64,000 nt of DNA from Eukaryota sp. GEM-RC1 (lineage: Eukaryota). The stretch is from the NCBI GenBank assembly GCA_040285855.1, contig JAUFOQ010000002.1, positions 1,984,001 to 2,048,000 of the forward strand, written 5' to 3'. Shown in pieces: positions 62,461-64,000 of the stretch (positions are counted from its first letter, which is position 1; every line of letters begins with the position of its first letter). Both the position numbers and the translations under genes were made by a program. Below the pieces are notes generated by a model. The model was given only the letters and a program-made list of their open reading frames with translations. It was not told the DNA's origin and did no database searches.

Positions 62461-64000
62461 TCTTCACAGTATCTTCGTGATTTGACTATCGATGGAGAAA
62501 AAGTGTCCAATCCAGGTCCTTTGGTAACTGAAGAAGGAAAAACCACATTGAAGCCCTCTGCATGGCTTGATAATTCGGTTGTTGACTTTTTTGGTGAGTA
62601 CATCACTGAGAGCAGTGATGAGTGCAAATTTTTGTGTGTTGGTGATATTCATGCTGTAGTGAATGGTAACGATTTCAACAAATTAGCTGACAAATATTTA
62701 ATTATTTAAAATTCAATGCGAGAGACTGGGAAAAGGTTTTTATTTATTCCAATAAACGATGGTCTGTTTGGTGGTACACCAACTCATTGGACTCTGCTTG
62801 ATTGTGACATTGATAGAACATCATTTTTTCACTTGATCCAATGTACAGTGACAGTTCAACTCAACTTTCATTTGACGTTTTAACTCAAAATGATCAAGTT
62901 GTAAACAGATTACAGGAGTATTTGCGTGATTTTGGTAATTTTTCAAATTTAGGAAAGCTCCATGTTAATAAACATCAAACTCCCAACGACTGTGGACCAT
63001 TTATCTTAATGTATATGCAAAGATTTGTTCATTTGGTATTATCATTAGACAATTTCCAGGAAATTATGTCTCAAGTCCAAGGTTATGTCGATTATGATGC
63101 TTTTGAAATGAGAAAACAAGTTCTTAAACAAATAGCAACTACTCATCATATTCCTTGTGCTATACTTGTTTTAAGTACTGTCAATTGAGTACTTTTCAAA
63201 CAACATTCAAGCACGTGTTCAAGAACACAGTACTATAGTTCATTCAACCCAATCTCAACAACAAATGAATATATCTGCTGGTACTTCTGAAATATGCGAA
63301 CCTTCAACACTAATGTCATCTCCTGATGAAATTCCAGATTCAAATCCCAATGCTCTGACACAAAGTGAATTACAACAGGTTTCAGAAGCAATCCAATCTC
63401 TGTCTCCTGATGGATGGATTGTCGACGATTGTGTAAATTGGTACTCTCGACATTTGATGGAGATATATGGAGTTGATTTAAACGCTTTTGTAACTCCTGG
63501 ATCTGTTCAATCATATTTAGTTGATGAAACTGAATCTCTTCACCGATTTTTCATCAACAAGATTTCAGGCAAATTCTAGATATCTGTTTCTTCCTATGAA
63601 TGACGCATTGATTAACGAAAGTTCTGGTATACACTGGGGTTTGATTGTAATCGATACACATGATGAATTGTTCATCTTTCTCGATCCTCTTTATGATGTT
63701 GAAGATCACAGACAGGATGTTGGTAAGAATTTACATGAAATTAATTCGTTTTTGAATCAAGTTATTTCAAAAATAGATGAAACTCTGCATCAACTCAATT
63801 TTCAACTCATGATTGTTCCAGTGATAGAGAAGCAAACACCAAATGATTGTGGAATTCATGTTCTTGAGTATATGCGAGGACTGTTAGTACTTTTAACTTC
63901 ACACGAATTCTCAGATCAACCTCTTATTCAAGCTGCTGGTATATTGTTGCAAAACTCTATCAATGCTCAGGAGAGTAGGCAAGAAATAAAATTGTATCTT
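62461..64000 (+). pseudogene. 2A-like motif followed by two tandem Ulp1/SENP (peptidase C48) domains; disrupted; continues past the window end
   Basis: QYLRDLTIDGEKVSNPGP (62467-62520). Domain 1: WLDNSVVDFF...FIPIND...HWTLL...QTPNDCGPF. Domain 2: WIVDDCVNWY...FLPMND...HWGLIVID...QTPNDCGIHV. Stops at 62707, 63186 and 63577 plus frameshifts. Confidence 0.8.

Noticed and set aside
61860..62720. TAA/TAG reassignment suggested by in-frame stops
   Set aside because: Long conserved genes contain no in-frame TAR and end in TAA or TAG. These stops sit in decayed duplicates.
1..64000. CRISPR arrays, tRNA or rRNA genes, prokaryotic operons
   Set aside because: No repeat-spacer arrays or recognisable structural RNA genes were seen by eye. 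Introns and gene content are eukaryotic.

Overview
AT-rich, compact eukaryotic (protist-like) genomic DNA read in the standard genetic code. It has two 29-31 nt spliceosomal introns and many single-base frameshifts in homopolymer runs, which are probably assembly errors. Left third: a divergent Ser/Thr kinase; a ubiquitin(LRGG)-PARP-like ADP-ribosyltransferase gene whose ART part is amplified as a 5 x 707 bp tandem array; an LRR protein; three CUE-like paralogues, two with double BTB domains; RLE-type non-LTR retrotransposon fragments; and a 758 bp non-autonomous hAT with TIRs and an 8 bp TSD. Middle: DNA ligase IV, an H2B-like histone-fold protein and an AEC-type transporter. These are followed by a head-to-head pair of about 2000 aa paralogues that each combine a PARG-type macrodomain, about 13 PBZ-like zinc fingers and a putative ART-fold domain (one also has vWA), a candidate single-chain ADP-ribose writer/reader/eraser whose catalytic macro core is homogenised between the copies. 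Right third: mostly decayed sequence (BTB pseudogene, hAT transposase, RING and PIN-like genes) carrying four related 2A/StopGo-like motifs, one directly upstream of tandem Ulp1-type protease domains that run off the window end. All family assignments come from motifs recognised by eye; no searches were run.
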